Assembly: GCA_036339465.1 (NCBI GenBank)
Contig: JAYZAY010000026.1
Coordinates: 19,789 to 83,788, forward strand
Length of the DNA: 64,000 nt
Direction of reading: 5' to 3'
Source of the DNA: Myxococcota bacterium
Lineage (GTDB): Bacteria > Myxococcota > XYA12-FULL-58-9 > JABJBS01
How positions within the stretch are numbered: position 1 is the stretch's first letter; every line of letters starts with the position of its first letter. This document shows, one piece after another, positions 41,258 through 51,886 of this stretch. The notes under the pieces are model-generated. The model saw nothing but the letters and a program-made list of their open reading frames with translations. It was not told the origin of the DNA and ran no database searches. The translations under genes and the position numbers were made by a program.

Positions 41258-42850
41258 TTAGAAACTCGCATTCTTTCGGCGATTCTCACGACGACGCCAA
41301 CGTAGCAAACCCAACAAGATGAAAAGCGCCGGCAGACCCGCAATATTCCCGTACTTGATCGAAGCCCGCGTGGCACCTGTCAACTCATCCAAAGGAGCAG
41401 CCCCTAAACCACGAGACCTCACCGCCAACAATTGTTCATCGAGGAGCAACCAATCCATTAAGTTAAGTGCAAGTGCCTCATTGGCTTTCCCCATAAATTG
41501 GTCTCGAATGAAACCACTTGAACCAACCACCACAAGCCTACTGCTTTCTGTGCCAACTGACCCTTCTGCCTGCCCGAGTGCACTTTGCAAAGGGCCGGTG
41601 ACCGTCGCTAAAATCCCATGTTGCGACTGTTGACCCACGCCATCATAAGTCCACTCCTGAAATGGGTCCAGATTGGGTGGAAGTCCTTGGAGCCACCCCT
41701 TATTAGAAGACTGGATCACCACTTCACTTCCCTTTGAATCCGCCACAGAAACCACCGTCGAGAATGGAAAAGCCACCGCTGGGAGCCCTCGAGTTAAGGG
41801 GTGCCCCGCCTTGTAGTTCTCCGTGGTGGGCAAAAAAGGATAGGGGACGGGTTGCGCGATGCGCATAAAACCACGTTGTTGACTCACATTAATCGTGGCG
41901 CAATTTTCATCCAAAACAAGATCTTGGCCGAGAGCCACTCCATACCCTTGAAGTAAATCAGAAAGTCCATGAACGAGGGGTGTGGCTTGAAGAGTCTGAA
42001 AATCAACACCCACTGAATCCAAGAGAAAGGCCACCGCTTTCCCACGCATCACAAAGTCATCGATCTTCGCAATTTCTGGAGCAGTAAGCGCGGTTTTTGG
42101 CCCCGCCACCACCAGCGCATCTACTTCATCGCCCAAGTCTTGAGTCGTGATATCTCGCGTCTCCAAATCATAATTCTGTCCTAAAAGGCCCCACAAACGA
42201 GCCATCTCTTCCTGAGGCTTGGGCGTATCGTGTCCTTCTAAAAAGACAATTTTCGGAATTCTCGAGCGGGTCATTTTCTTAATGAGCGTGGTGAGGTCAT
42301 ACTCCAAAGACTCGGTCTGCTGCACCACGGGAATCACTTCTGTTTGATCCCCATGACGAATCGCCAACCCCATATAGACCCGCTTCACCTCCAATTTATC
42401 GTCCTGGTTCACACGAAGTTGCACCGGAGGAATCCCCAAGGTCTGCAATTGCTTCTCTACCTCAGTGGCCTCCCGAACCGCCCGACCAAAAATATCCTGT
42501 TGTACATTCTTTTTCTTGTCTTTATCCTCCTGGCTTTCGGCTTCCAAGGGGTCAATGAATTCGTAGCGTAAATTGCCGAAGCCCCGATTGTAGTATTCAT
42601 CCAGAAGGTCTTTCACGTATCGGGCGTTGTTTGAGTAGGGAGGGGGAACATCCTTCGTAAAATACGCCTGAATCGTGACCGGATCTTCTAAAACCGCCAA
42701 GGTTGAAAGTGTTGCTTCACTGAGGGTAAATTGCCCATCCTTGGTCATGTCAAGGCGCCCAAAAACCTCAAGCCCCAAGATATTTACCAGGATGAGAATA
42801 CCTAAGACCGCAATCACATATGCATTTGTGCCCAAGTTTCGTTTTGCCAT
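41258..42850 (-). CDS. GldG-like ABC transporter auxiliary protein
   Basis: RLDMTKDGQFTLS, LEYDLT, FLEGH and NLMDWL motifs with a C-terminal TM. Confidence 0.85.
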   Translation of the reverse strand: MAKRNLGTNAYVIAVLGILILVNILGLEVFGRLDMTKDGQFTLSEATLSTLAVLEDPVTIQAYFTKDVPPPYSNNARYVKDLLDEYYNRGFGNLRYEFIDPLEAESQEDKDKKKNVQQDIFGRAVREATEVEKQLQTLGIPPVQLRVNQDDKLEVKRVYMGLAIRHGDQTEVIPVVQQTESLEYDLTTLIKKMTRSRIPKIVFLEGHDTPKPQEEMARLWGLLGQNYDLETRDITTQDLGDEVDALVVAGPKTALTAPEIAKIDDFVMRGKAVAFLLDSVGVDFQTLQATPLVHGLSDLLQGYGVALGQDLVLDENCATINVSQQRGFMRIAQPVPYPFLPTTENYKAGHPLTRGLPAVAFPFSTVVSVADSKGSEVVIQSSNKGWLQGLPPNLDPFQEWTYDGVGQQSQHGILATVTGPLQSALGQAEGSVGTESSRLVVVGSSGFIRDQFMGKANEALALNLMDWLLLDEQLLAVRSRGLGAAPLDELTGATRASIKYGNIAGLPALFILLGLLRWRRRENRRKNASF

Positions 42851-42863
42851 AATTCAGTTCTCC

Positions 42864-43583
42864 CTATGCCTGTTCACTGCCTAAAGATCGGATCGTCAAA
42901 AAGAGCCCCCCGATAATTAACGAAAGATAATAAAGAACGTCCCGAGTATCGATCACACCTCGCGAAAGATTATCCAAATGAAAGCTGGTGGACAGATATT
43001 CCACAATCCCAGCCATTCCCTGGGGCATGAAAAACTGAAGCCAGTAGACAAAATACAAGCCGCTACAAATCATAAAGCTCAAAATAAACGCGACAATTTG
43101 ATTGTCTGTTAGGGATGAACACCACAAGCCAATGGAGACCATGGCGGCCACAAAGAGAAAGAGCCCGAAATAACCACTTAGGATCGGTCCCCAATCCAAG
43201 GGCCCTATAGCCGAAATACAAAGCGCATAAACCAACGTAGAAAATAATCCCACAGACAAAAGCCCCATGGCGGCCAAGAATTTTCCCAATACAACCTCTG
43301 TATCCGTCAGAGGCATGGTGGTCAGTAGCTCAAGGGTGCCACTCTTTTTCTCTTCAGAAATTAATCGCATGGTCACCGCAGGGACAATCACCACCAACAA
43401 CATGGACGGCGAAAACGGTGACGGCGCAAAAAACGTCCGCATGTCTGCGCGTTCCATGAGGAAGAAAGAACTAAAAAACATCCAGCCTGCCACCAGGAGG
43501 AAAGAACCAATCACAATATAAGCGACCGGTGAATCAAAATAGCTCGCCAACTCTTTCTTGGCGATTGCACGCACATTCCGCAT
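42864..43583 (-). CDS. GldF-like ABC-2 permease
   Basis: KELASYFDSPVAY, EEKKSGTLELLTT and VVLGKF motifs. Confidence 0.9.
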   Translation of the reverse strand: MRNVRAIAKKELASYFDSPVAYIVIGSFLLVAGWMFFSSFFLMERADMRTFFAPSPFSPSMLLVVIVPAVTMRLISEEKKSGTLELLTTMPLTDTEVVLGKFLAAMGLLSVGLFSTLVYALCISAIGPLDWGPILSGYFGLFLFVAAMVSIGLWCSSLTDNQIVAFILSFMICSGLYFVYWLQFFMPQGMAGIVEYLSTSFHLDNLSRGVIDTRDVLYYLSLIIGGLFLTIRSLGSEQA

Positions 43584-43584
43584 C

Positions 43585-44577
43585 TTATACCTCCTCGGCT
43601 CGAGTCAGTTGTCTAAAGGTATCCTCAAGGGAGATCCGCTCCCGATACATATCCAAAATAATCGCATTTTCATCCACCACAGTGTTGAATATATCGGCTC
43701 GAGGGTCTTCTCTCCCCTCGACCGACACTGTGTAGCCGCGTTCATGCTCGGCCAAATCGTTCGATTCGACTTCCAAAACCTTCAAGACCCCAGGCAACTG
43801 AACCAGGAGGCCCTGCATTCGTTCACCATCCAAGGGCGTGCCATTTTTGGGGCACATAGTCACCCTCAATATTGTACCCGACTGCCTGGCCATCAAAGCC
43901 TCAGTGGCTTCATCCGCCACCAGTTTGCCTTCATTAATGATAATAATTCGACCACAAGTAGCTTCCACTTCGGGAAGAATGTGGGTCGATAGCAAGATGG
44001 TCTTTTCCCGCCCCAATTCTTTGATCAACTCGCGGATCTCAATAATCTGGTTGGGGTCAAGTCCGGAGGTCGGTTCATCCAAAATTAAGAGGTCCGGATC
44101 ATGAATCATGGCCTGAGCCAGACCGACTCTCTGACGATATCCCTTGGACAATTGCCCTAGGTCTTTCCCCAAAACATCCATAACACCACAACGTTCACCT
44201 ATCTCCCGCATTCTCTTCTTGCGAATATCCTCAGAAACACCTCGGACATCTGCGATGAAATGGAGAAAATCCACGACCATCATATCCTCATACATGGGCG
44301 CATTTTCAGGTAAGTAACCCAAATTGGCTTGGGCCACCTTTGGAGATTTGGCCACCGCCACGCCTCCGATGGTGGCTCTACCGCCATCGGGGTTCAAAAA
44401 ACCGGTCAACATCTTCATGGTGGTCGATTTCCCCGCCCCATTGGGCCCAAGAAATCCAACCACTTCGCCACGAGATATATTAAAATCGATTCCTTTGACC
44501 GCCTCGAATTCCCCAAAAGACTTACGGAGCTTCTCTGCGGAAATCATAACTTCGTTTGGAATGGTCGCCTCTGACAT
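43585..44577 (-). CDS. GldA-like ABC transporter ATP-binding protein
   Basis: GPNGAGKST, LSKGYRQR and LILDEPTSGLD motifs. Confidence 0.93.
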   Translation of the reverse strand: MSEATIPNEVMISAEKLRKSFGEFEAVKGIDFNISRGEVVGFLGPNGAGKSTTMKMLTGFLNPDGGRATIGGVAVAKSPKVAQANLGYLPENAPMYEDMMVVDFLHFIADVRGVSEDIRKKRMREIGERCGVMDVLGKDLGQLSKGYRQRVGLAQAMIHDPDLLILDEPTSGLDPNQIIEIRELIKELGREKTILLSTHILPEVEATCGRIIIINEGKLVADEATEALMARQSGTILRVTMCPKNGTPLDGERMQGLLVQLPGVLKVLEVESNDLAEHERGYTVSVEGREDPRADIFNTVVDENAIILDMYRERISLEDTFRQLTRAEEV

Positions 44578-44884
44578 AATTACTTCCTCCTTAAAACCAA
44601 ATCAGTAATTTAAATTCCCCTCTTGGAAAACCACTCATTGGCCACAATCACTAACCTAGAATCACGAGCATTGAAACCTGGACCGGCACAAAACGGAATC
44701 TCTCCATCGCCGACCCATTCTGAGTGCCCCCTGCAAGGGCGCCGAGCAATCTCAACACGGAACGCCCCTTCACAATGCGCATGGCCTGAAAATTATTCCC
44801 ATATACACAAAAAAATATTCGATGCCACCGGTTTGCCGCCCATCATTAATCAAAAACCTGGCAAAAAAATTACGGTGAGAAAAT

Positions 44885-45700
44885 CTAAGAAGGTTGAGAG
44901 CCAAATGAGAAGACAAAAGACATGTTCAAAGTCGTATCTAATTTTTCACGGCCCTCAAAAGGCCTGAAGTCATAGGCCATAACCAAACTGTTCTTAATGG
45001 AAAACCAACGAGTAAATGCGATGCTAAAGCCGTTCTCATTGAGAATTCTTGTATCCGAAAAATCACGTATTCGAGGTTGCACATAAATCGCGCCATTCAC
45101 AGTCACGTTCTCAGCCAACACAAACCTCAGTTTTAAATAACTCGACAAACGGTGATTCAAATTTCCCGAGCGGTCCGGATTTGCCACAGCATCCTCAGCA
45201 ACAATCGCAAAATCATCCCCTTCTTTGATTTCTAGCTCCGTGAAATAATCGATGCCCCAAGATCCAGAAACATTATCTCCACTCCAACGCCAGAAACATC
45301 CACCTCCTACAAGACCTCGAAATTTCAGTTCTTTGGCTTTCGTATACTCATGCTGAATGAATCCCTCATACCCAAACCCGGAATCGTAGAACCAACGGTA
45401 TCTCAAATGCTCAAAATAGCGGTGAAGATAAACATCTCCGAAGGTGGTCGCATAGGCCCCTTTCGCCGAAAAAATCCACATATGCTTACCTGAGCTCAGG
45501 TAGCCATCAAATTGAGAGGTAACCTGAAAAAATGGGACATTACCATCTAGATGCGTTAAAGATGAGGTCCAATCAATACCCCAACTATCCTTTTGCTGCT
45601 CAAGCTTGGGCAACACATTTACAATGGCAAAAGCAGGAGGCGTTGAAACCAAAAAGAAACCAAAAAGACTTACCCAGAAAATCCATCGCCGACAATTCAC
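44885..45700 (-). CDS. DUF481-like outer-membrane beta-barrel protein
   Basis: Signal peptide (PAFA-IVN) and alternating aromatic beta strands (HLRYRW, YVQPRI, YDFRP). Confidence 0.7.
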   Translation of the reverse strand: MNCRRWIFWVSLFGFFLVSTPPAFAIVNVLPKLEQQKDSWGIDWTSSLTHLDGNVPFFQVTSQFDGYLSSGKHMWIFSAKGAYATTFGDVYLHRYFEHLRYRWFYDSGFGYEGFIQHEYTKAKELKFRGLVGGGCFWRWSGDNVSGSWGIDYFTELEIKEGDDFAIVAEDAVANPDRSGNLNHRLSSYLKLRFVLAENVTVNGAIYVQPRIRDFSDTRILNENGFSIAFTRWFSIKNSLVMAYDFRPFEGREKLDTTLNMSFVFSFGSQPS

Positions 45701-46497
45701 TGGACCGCCTCCTTCTCCTCCACGTGTCCTTCATTTCCGCTCACCGAAGACCTAGCACCAATATAGCGCAGCATCACCCCTGCCGTCGCGGCGACTTCCT
45801 CATCGGAATCTTCGGTGAGCTTCTTAAAGACTTCTTCCAATTCTAAGCGGGTGCCTATATTTGCTGCCGTTGAAATGGCTGTGGCCCGAAGCTTACTTGG
45901 TCCCTCGCTTTCGGCCAATTTCAGAACCACCGGCACCATGGCCTTGGCATGCTTGCCAATTCTTGAAGCCACTCTCAAGCCTTCTAATCGCAATTCGATC
46001 GATGGATCACCCACAGCCTTTTCAACCAAGAAAAGCAGCTTTTCTTTTTCGATAACCCGACCCGCTTCTTTTGCAAGTTCAATATTTCCAAGACCGCTAA
46101 AACAATCATAGAGAACCTTCGTCCCCTTCCCATTGGTTGGATCTATTTTCGCCAATGCGGTGGCCGCATTGAGCCTCACCTTTGGCTCCCCTTGATTCAG
46201 GATGCCTTCCAAGTCAGGCACAGAGGCATCACCAATTCCCACCAAAGCTATGACTGCATAGGCTTGGACCCCTTCATTCACATCGTCCAAAAGAGGCAAA
46301 ATATGAGGAATCGTCGAAGCCGCTTTCGGTCCAATTTCCGCGATCACTTCAAGCGCTTGCCGACGGGAATAATCTTTGTCTGAACTCAGATCAGCGGCCC
46401 ACGATGAGAGGGTTCGTCCCTGAAAACGTTCACCCGTGCAAGCCCCAAACAAACTAACCAAGGATATCAATAAAGCCAGATCGCACATTCTTTTCAT
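45697..46497 (-). CDS. HEAT-repeat lipoprotein
   Basis: Lipobox LFGA-C; HEAT/PBS-lyase-like repeats (VRLNAATALAKI). Confidence 0.8.
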   Translation of the reverse strand: MKRMCDLALLISLVSLFGACTGERFQGRTLSSWAADLSSDKDYSRRQALEVIAEIGPKAASTIPHILPLLDDVNEGVQAYAVIALVGIGDASVPDLEGILNQGEPKVRLNAATALAKIDPTNGKGTKVLYDCFSGLGNIELAKEAGRVIEKEKLLFLVEKAVGDPSIELRLEGLRVASRIGKHAKAMVPVVLKLAESEGPSKLRATAISTAANIGTRLELEEVFKKLTEDSDEEVAATAGVMLRYIGARSSVSGNEGHVEEKEAVQ

Positions 46498-46871
46498 CAG
46501 CTAAAACTCCCGCCCCATCTCTAAATGACCACTTCAACGAATCCTTCAGGATAACACCCAAAAAACCGAAGGGAACAACGCCCAAACCTGTACGCTGGAA
46601 TATACCACTCCCCCCACGATGCCAAGAAACTTCCTAGCCCGAAACATGCCTCTGGGGGACAACGCCCATGTTTTACTTTATCGACAACGAACCTAATATT
46701 AGTAAAAACAAGGAACCAAGGACCACCTCGCCCACCTTAGCTCGATCCTCTGGATTCGGTAGGCCTAAAATCTCTAAGCCCCTAGGGAGATCCCAAAGCT
46801 CTCCCCCTTTCTTCATCTCCAAATTGCCAGTATAGGCTGCCCTGTAACCTTGAAAAGCAATACGTTGGAGG

Positions 46872-48533
46872 GTGACGATGACTGAGCGCACCATTCGTGC
46901 CCCTAGGGGGCTGGAATTAACTTGTAAGGGCTGGGTTCAGGAAGCCGCTTATCGAATGATTCAAAATAACCTAGACCCCGAGGTTGCGGAACGTCCCAGT
47001 GATCTGGTCGTCTACGGGGGCACGGGTAAAGCCGCCCGAAACTGGGAAGCTTTTGACCAAATCACCGAATCCCTGAAAACCTTAGATAACGACCAAACCC
47101 TATTGGTTCAATCTGGCAAACCTGTAGGCGTCATGAAGACCCACAAGGATGCTCCTCGAGTCATTATCGCCAATAGTAATCTAGTCCCCAACTGGGCATC
47201 TTGGGAACATTTCCGAGACCTGGAACAAAAGGGCCTTATCATGTACGGCCAAATGACCGCCGGGAGCTGGATATACATCGGCACCCAAGGCATTCTTCAA
47301 GGCACCTACGAAACCTTTTGTGCCGCTGGGCGCACCCATTTCGGAAACACGGATTTGGGAGGACGCCTCATCCTAACCGGAGGCCTCGGCGGAATGGGAG
47401 GCGCACAGCCCTTAGCTGCAACCATGGCCGGCGGCGCAATGCTCGCCATAGAAATTGACCCCCACCGAATTCAGAGACGCTTGGAAACAAAATATTTGGA
47501 TGAAGTCGCCACCGACCTTGACACTGCCTTGACTCGACTCGAAAAAGCACGCGCAAATAAGGAGGCCGTTTCCGTTGGGCTTTGCGGTAACGCCGCCGCT
47601 CTTTTCGCTGAAATAGCAGAGCGTGGATTTCATTTTGACCTCGTCACCGACCAAACATCGGCGCACGACCCACTCGCGGGTTATATCCCACTAAACTTAA
47701 CCCTCAGCGAAGCAGATGAGTTGCGAAAACAAAATCCTGGAGAATATATAAAACGCGCTCAAAGCTCCATGGCCAAGCACTGTCAAGCCATGCTGGATCT
47801 GAAAGCAGCTGGTTCGCATGTGTTCGATTATGGTAACAACCTTCGTGCTCAAGCCCAAATCGGCGGTTGCGAAAATGCATTTGATTTCGAGGGCTTTGTG
47901 CCAGCATATATCAGACCACTCTTCTGCGAAGGTTCGGGACCCTTTCGTTGGGTCGCCCTTTCAGGAGATCCGGAGGATATTAAAGTCACCGATGAGTGCG
48001 TCAAAAGCTTGATCCCAAGACCTGAATTACACCGGTGGATCGATATGGCTAGCGAGCGAATTCAATTTCAAGGACTCCCATCGAGGATCTGCTGGCTAAG
48101 CTACGGTGAGCGAGAAAAGGTCGGCGTTGCTTTCAATCAACTCGTGAAAACCGGAAAAGTAAAGGCCCCCATTGTCATCGGCCGAGACCACCTCGACTGT
48201 GGTTCCGTGGCGAGTCCCAACCGAGAAACCGAAGGTATGCTCGATGGTTCCGACGCCATCGCAGACTGGCCCATTCTAAACGCTCTGCTCAATGCAGTGA
48301 ACGGGGCGAGTTGGGTCAGTTTCCATCACGGCGGCGGTGTTGGAATAGGTTATTCACTCCATGCGGGTATGGTTATTGTCGCAGACGGAACAGATGAAGC
48401 TGAACAACGACTCAAGCGAGTCTTAGAAGGAGACCCTGGAATGGGGGTCATTCGGCACGTTGACGCCGGCTATGAAAAAGCGAAAGAAGTCGCTAAAGAA
48501 CGGGGCGTTAAAGTCCCCGGCCTAACGATTTGA
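46872..48533 (+). CDS. hutU: Urocanate hydratase
   Basis: [27 protein letters not shown] and HHGGGVG motifs. Confidence 0.97.
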   Translation: MTMTERTIRAPRGLELTCKGWVQEAAYRMIQNNLDPEVAERPSDLVVYGGTGKAARNWEAFDQITESLKTLDNDQTLLVQSGKPVGVMKTHKDAPRVIIANSNLVPNWASWEHFRDLEQKGLIMYGQMTAGSWIYIGTQGILQGTYETFCAAGRTHFGNTDLGGRLILTGGLGGMGGAQPLAATMAGGAMLAIEIDPHRIQRRLETKYLDEVATDLDTALTRLEKARANKEAVSVGLCGNAAALFAEIAERGFHFDLVTDQTSAHDPLAGYIPLNLTLSEADELRKQNPGEYIKRAQSSMAKHCQAMLDLKAAGSHVFDYGNNLRAQAQIGGCENAFDFEGFVPAYIRPLFCEGSGPFRWVALSGDPEDIKVTDECVKSLIPRPELHRWIDMASERIQFQGLPSRICWLSYGEREKVGVAFNQLVKTGKVKAPIVIGRDHLDCGSVASPNRETEGMLDGSDAIADWPILNALLNAVNGASWVSFHHGGGVGIGYSLHAGMVIVADGTDEAEQRLKRVLEGDPGMGVIRHVDAGYEKAKEVAKERGVKVPGLTI

Positions 48534-48540
48534 GGTTCAC

Positions 48541-49785
48541 ATGTCTGAATCAACGACTCTCCTTACCAATATCGGACAGTTGGCTTACCCAAACCGGAGC
48601 CAAGGAGCCACTCGCGATCCCATATCCGTGCTAAAACATGGAGAAATACTCTTCCAGGAAGGTAAAATACTGTGGTTTGGTCAACACAAAGACCGCCCCT
48701 CAGGCATCACCATCGACAAAACCCATAACCTAGGGGGACGCTGTGTCATTCCCGGACTCATCGATTCACACACCCACCTGGTTTTTGCTGAAAATAGAAT
48801 CAACGACATGGCTCTCCGAGCTCAAGGCGAAACCTACGAAACCATCGCCAAATCGGGTGGTGGTATTCGAACCACCGTGCGATCTGTAGAAAAGAGTTCG
48901 GAACAAGACCTGGTCGAGGCGACCATCGGCCGCCTCAACCAACTCTCTTCACGCGGTGTCACCACCGTGGAAATAAAAAGCGGTTATGGATTATCACCTG
49001 AGCTTGAACTCAAAATGTTAAGGGTCATCAACAGCCTAAAGCACAAGGTTCCCCAAAGGATTTTCGCAACCGCCCTAGCCCATGTCATCCCCAAAGATAA
49101 GCTTGAGGACCGGCCAAGCTATATCAAGGCGTTTATCGAAGACGTCCTTGTAGCCGCGCAAAAGCAGAACCTCATTTCCTTTTGTGATGTCTTTGTCGAA
49201 CAAACAGCGTTCTCACAAAAAGAGACTCAAGAAATATGCCAGAAGGCATCTGCATTGGGATTGGGTATTAAACTCCATGTCGATCAACTCAGTGATGGTG
49301 GCGGAGCGAACCTAGCGGCCTCACTCAATGCGCTATCTGCAGATCATCTCGAACACACCTCACTCCCTGGCCGCAAAGCCTTAGCCAATGCAGGAACAAT
49401 TGCCACCATCCTACCGGGCTGTCGACTTTTCCTTGGGCATGGTCCCTGGCCAGATGGACGCGCTTTTAGAGATGCTGGCTGTGAGGTTGCCATTGCCACT
49501 GACGCAAATCCCGGCTCATCCATGATTTTGGACCTAACACTTTGTGCGCACATGGCAATCACGCAGTGTGGCCTTTCCTTTGAAGAAGCTCTCTGGGGAA
49601 TCACCATGGGTGGTGCAAAAGCACTGCGACTATCGGATCGGGGTACCATCGCCTCTGGTCTATTGGCTGATTTTGTCGTCATTGATCACCATGATTGGAG
49701 GTCTGTGTTCTACCAACCAGGGACCCCCCCAATTTCATCCGTGTGGATTGGCGGGAAGAAATTAGAAAGGGAATCCAATATCTGA
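48541..49785 (+). CDS. hutI: Imidazolonepropionase
   Basis: PGLIDSHTH, EIKSGYGL, SADHLE and ATDANPG motifs; directly after hutU. Confidence 0.95.
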   Translation: MSESTTLLTNIGQLAYPNRSQGATRDPISVLKHGEILFQEGKILWFGQHKDRPSGITIDKTHNLGGRCVIPGLIDSHTHLVFAENRINDMALRAQGETYETIAKSGGGIRTTVRSVEKSSEQDLVEATIGRLNQLSSRGVTTVEIKSGYGLSPELELKMLRVINSLKHKVPQRIFATALAHVIPKDKLEDRPSYIKAFIEDVLVAAQKQNLISFCDVFVEQTAFSQKETQEICQKASALGLGIKLHVDQLSDGGGANLAASLNALSADHLEHTSLPGRKALANAGTIATILPGCRLFLGHGPWPDGRAFRDAGCEVAIATDANPGSSMILDLTLCAHMAITQCGLSFEEALWGITMGGAKALRLSDRGTIASGLLADFVVIDHHDWRSVFYQPGTPPISSVWIGGKKLERESNI

Positions 49786-49824
49786 AACGTTGAAAACGTT
49801 GAGAACATTGGCAAAGTCTAAACC

Positions 49825-50232
49825 CTAAACCGAAACTTTAGGAATGTTGGTAAACCCAGCCGCAACCAAAAGACGCTCAACCTCGGTCACCAATTCTCGC
49901 ATCTTAACTGGCTTTACGAAATAGGCATCGGCGCCTAAATCCAAACATCCCTTACGATCTTTTCGGGCGCTCTCGGTGCTAATGATAACAATGGGAATAT
50001 TTTTGTGCTTGGGATCTTTCCGCACCATCCCCACCAATTTCAAACCATCCATCACCGGCATATTAATATCGGTTAGGAGGATATCAATACTCGAATTTCT
50101 CATCATTTTGAGGGCAAAAGCCCCATCCTCTGCTTCATGCACAACAAACTCTGGAAAGACCTCTTTAACTCCGGAAACCAGAATATGTCTCATACTTGGA
50201 GAGTCTTCCACCACCAAAACACGAACACTCAT
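49825..50232 (-). CDS. cheY: Single-domain response regulator (CheY-like)
   Basis: VVEDS, LTDINMP and YFVKP motifs. Confidence 0.88.
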   Translation of the reverse strand: MSVRVLVVEDSPSMRHILVSGVKEVFPEFVVHEAEDGAFALKMMRNSSIDILLTDINMPVMDGLKLVGMVRKDPKHKNIPIVIISTESARKDRKGCLDLGADAYFVKPVKMRELVTEVERLLVAAGFTNIPKVSV

Positions 50233-50358
50233 GACAACTCCTTAGTCGCTGAACATTGGCTCGTTTTGTCCAACGAATATAGCCTTCAAACACGCTGATA
50301 CCATACGCCAATTCGACACTGACACAAAGTTTAGCTCTAGATTTAATGAAGCAGAAAG

Positions 50359-51030
50359 TCAAAAGCTTAGGCAGGCATGTCGCCCGAATGTAAAACCTCC
50401 GTAACTTTCCAGGCTACCGATGACCCCACTCGGCATCCCAAAAACAATCGCACTTTCCACAGATTCGGCAACAACAGTACCACCACAATCATAGCTGGCT
50501 CCCGCCCCAAATTGTCCGCCCATCCGATTCCTATTCCCCCCCCCAAGCGCATTGAATGGTGGTGTTGCTACCGATACGAAAAGACGATCTACCGAGAGAC
50601 AGTGAGCCTCACTCTCAACTGGAGTTTCAAGCACAATCTTCGGTTGTCCTGTTTTGCCAACCACCTCTACAACCATATCCAAACCTCCACGCGCAACATC
50701 GATGTGCCCAGGCCTAACTGTGTTACACCCTTTACCCTCCAAAACACGAAAATCGAGATATCGATACAATCTGTCGGCAAAAGCTAGCGTAAAACCAGCA
50801 GGCATCTGCTGAACAACGAGTAGAGCAGTATCCGCGGGGTAAGGGAGGTTCGCCAAAACAGAACGAATTGCTTGGGGGCCAAGCTCTAAAACCCGCTTAA
50901 TCCCTTCACCACCATCTACGGTAACACCCACAACTGCGAGGCTTTCACTGGATTGTAGGATCTCGCCAATGGCCCGTCGGTTGTAGGTCCAATCATAAAT
51001 AATTAGAGCCCTTCATTTCTCCGACGACAT
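50359..51030 (-). pseudogene. cheB: Decayed cheB (methylesterase with REC domain)
   Basis: ATG 51030, premature TGA at 51013-51015, REC N-half fused directly to GPQAIRSVL, QHMP changed to QQMP, LTGMG lost, and an apparent C-terminal frameshift. Confidence 0.85.
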
Positions 51031-51031
51031 C

Positions 51032-51886
51032 CTATTTTTCCGGTTTTCTATAGGCAATGCAGTTATCTAGGGGAACAAACTCAAAATTTGTTGTCATATT
51101 TATAAGCGTCTCGGAATGCCCGAGAAAAAGGAGACCTCCTGGCCTCATTTTAGCCATGAATAAATTCAGAATCTTCTCCCGGCTTTCCTTCGAAAAATAA
51201 ATCATCACATTTCGGCAAAAAACAATGTCCACATCCTCAAACCACGTGAAATCTTCGGAATTCACCAAATTACCGCGGAAAAACTTCACTTGCTCTTGAA
51301 TTCGGGAAGATATCTTGTAGCGATTACCTTCTTCTCTAAAATAGCGCCTAATCACATCTTCATCTGCCTCTCTAAAAGAAGAACGCCGGTAGAGTCCGCG
51401 ATTTGCCTTATCGAGAACCGTACGCGAGATGTCATTCGCTATGATATCAAAATTCTTAGAATTAACGAATCCAGCATCTGTGAGCATGATCGAGATGGTG
51501 TAAGGCTCTTCCCCCGAAGAACACCCCGCCGACCATATTTTTATGGAATCCTGAGTCTTTCCACTTTGTAAAATGAGTCTAGGAATAACATCATTGAGCA
51601 AATCTCGGAGTTGATACTCTTCTCTGAAAAAATATGTCTCATTTGTGGTAACTCGTTCAAGAATCTCAAAAAGTTCCGCCGTCCCTTCTCGACCATATTT
51701 TGTATAACGATAATAGTCAGTAAAGCTCTCCAAACCAAGAACGTTCAATCGAGGCCGTAGTCGACGCTCTAAAATATAAGAAACCGAATCAGGTAAATAC
51801 ACCCCCGAATAATCAAAGATCAGATCTCGTAGTAATCGGAAATCTAGGGCAGAAAGCCGAGGGCCTGTCGGTTCAAAATCAACCAT
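51032..51886 (-). CDS. cheR: Chemotaxis protein methyltransferase
   Basis: TTNETYFFRE, WSAGCSSGEEPY, CRNVMIYF and LGHSE motifs all intact. Confidence 0.95.
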   Translation of the reverse strand: MVDFEPTGPRLSALDFRLLRDLIFDYSGVYLPDSVSYILERRLRPRLNVLGLESFTDYYRYTKYGREGTAELFEILERVTTNETYFFREEYQLRDLLNDVIPRLILQSGKTQDSIKIWSAGCSSGEEPYTISIMLTDAGFVNSKNFDIIANDISRTVLDKANRGLYRRSSFREADEDVIRRYFREEGNRYKISSRIQEQVKFFRGNLVNSEDFTWFEDVDIVFCRNVMIYFSKESREKILNLFMAKMRPGGLLFLGHSETLINMTTNFEFVPLDNCIAYRKPEK

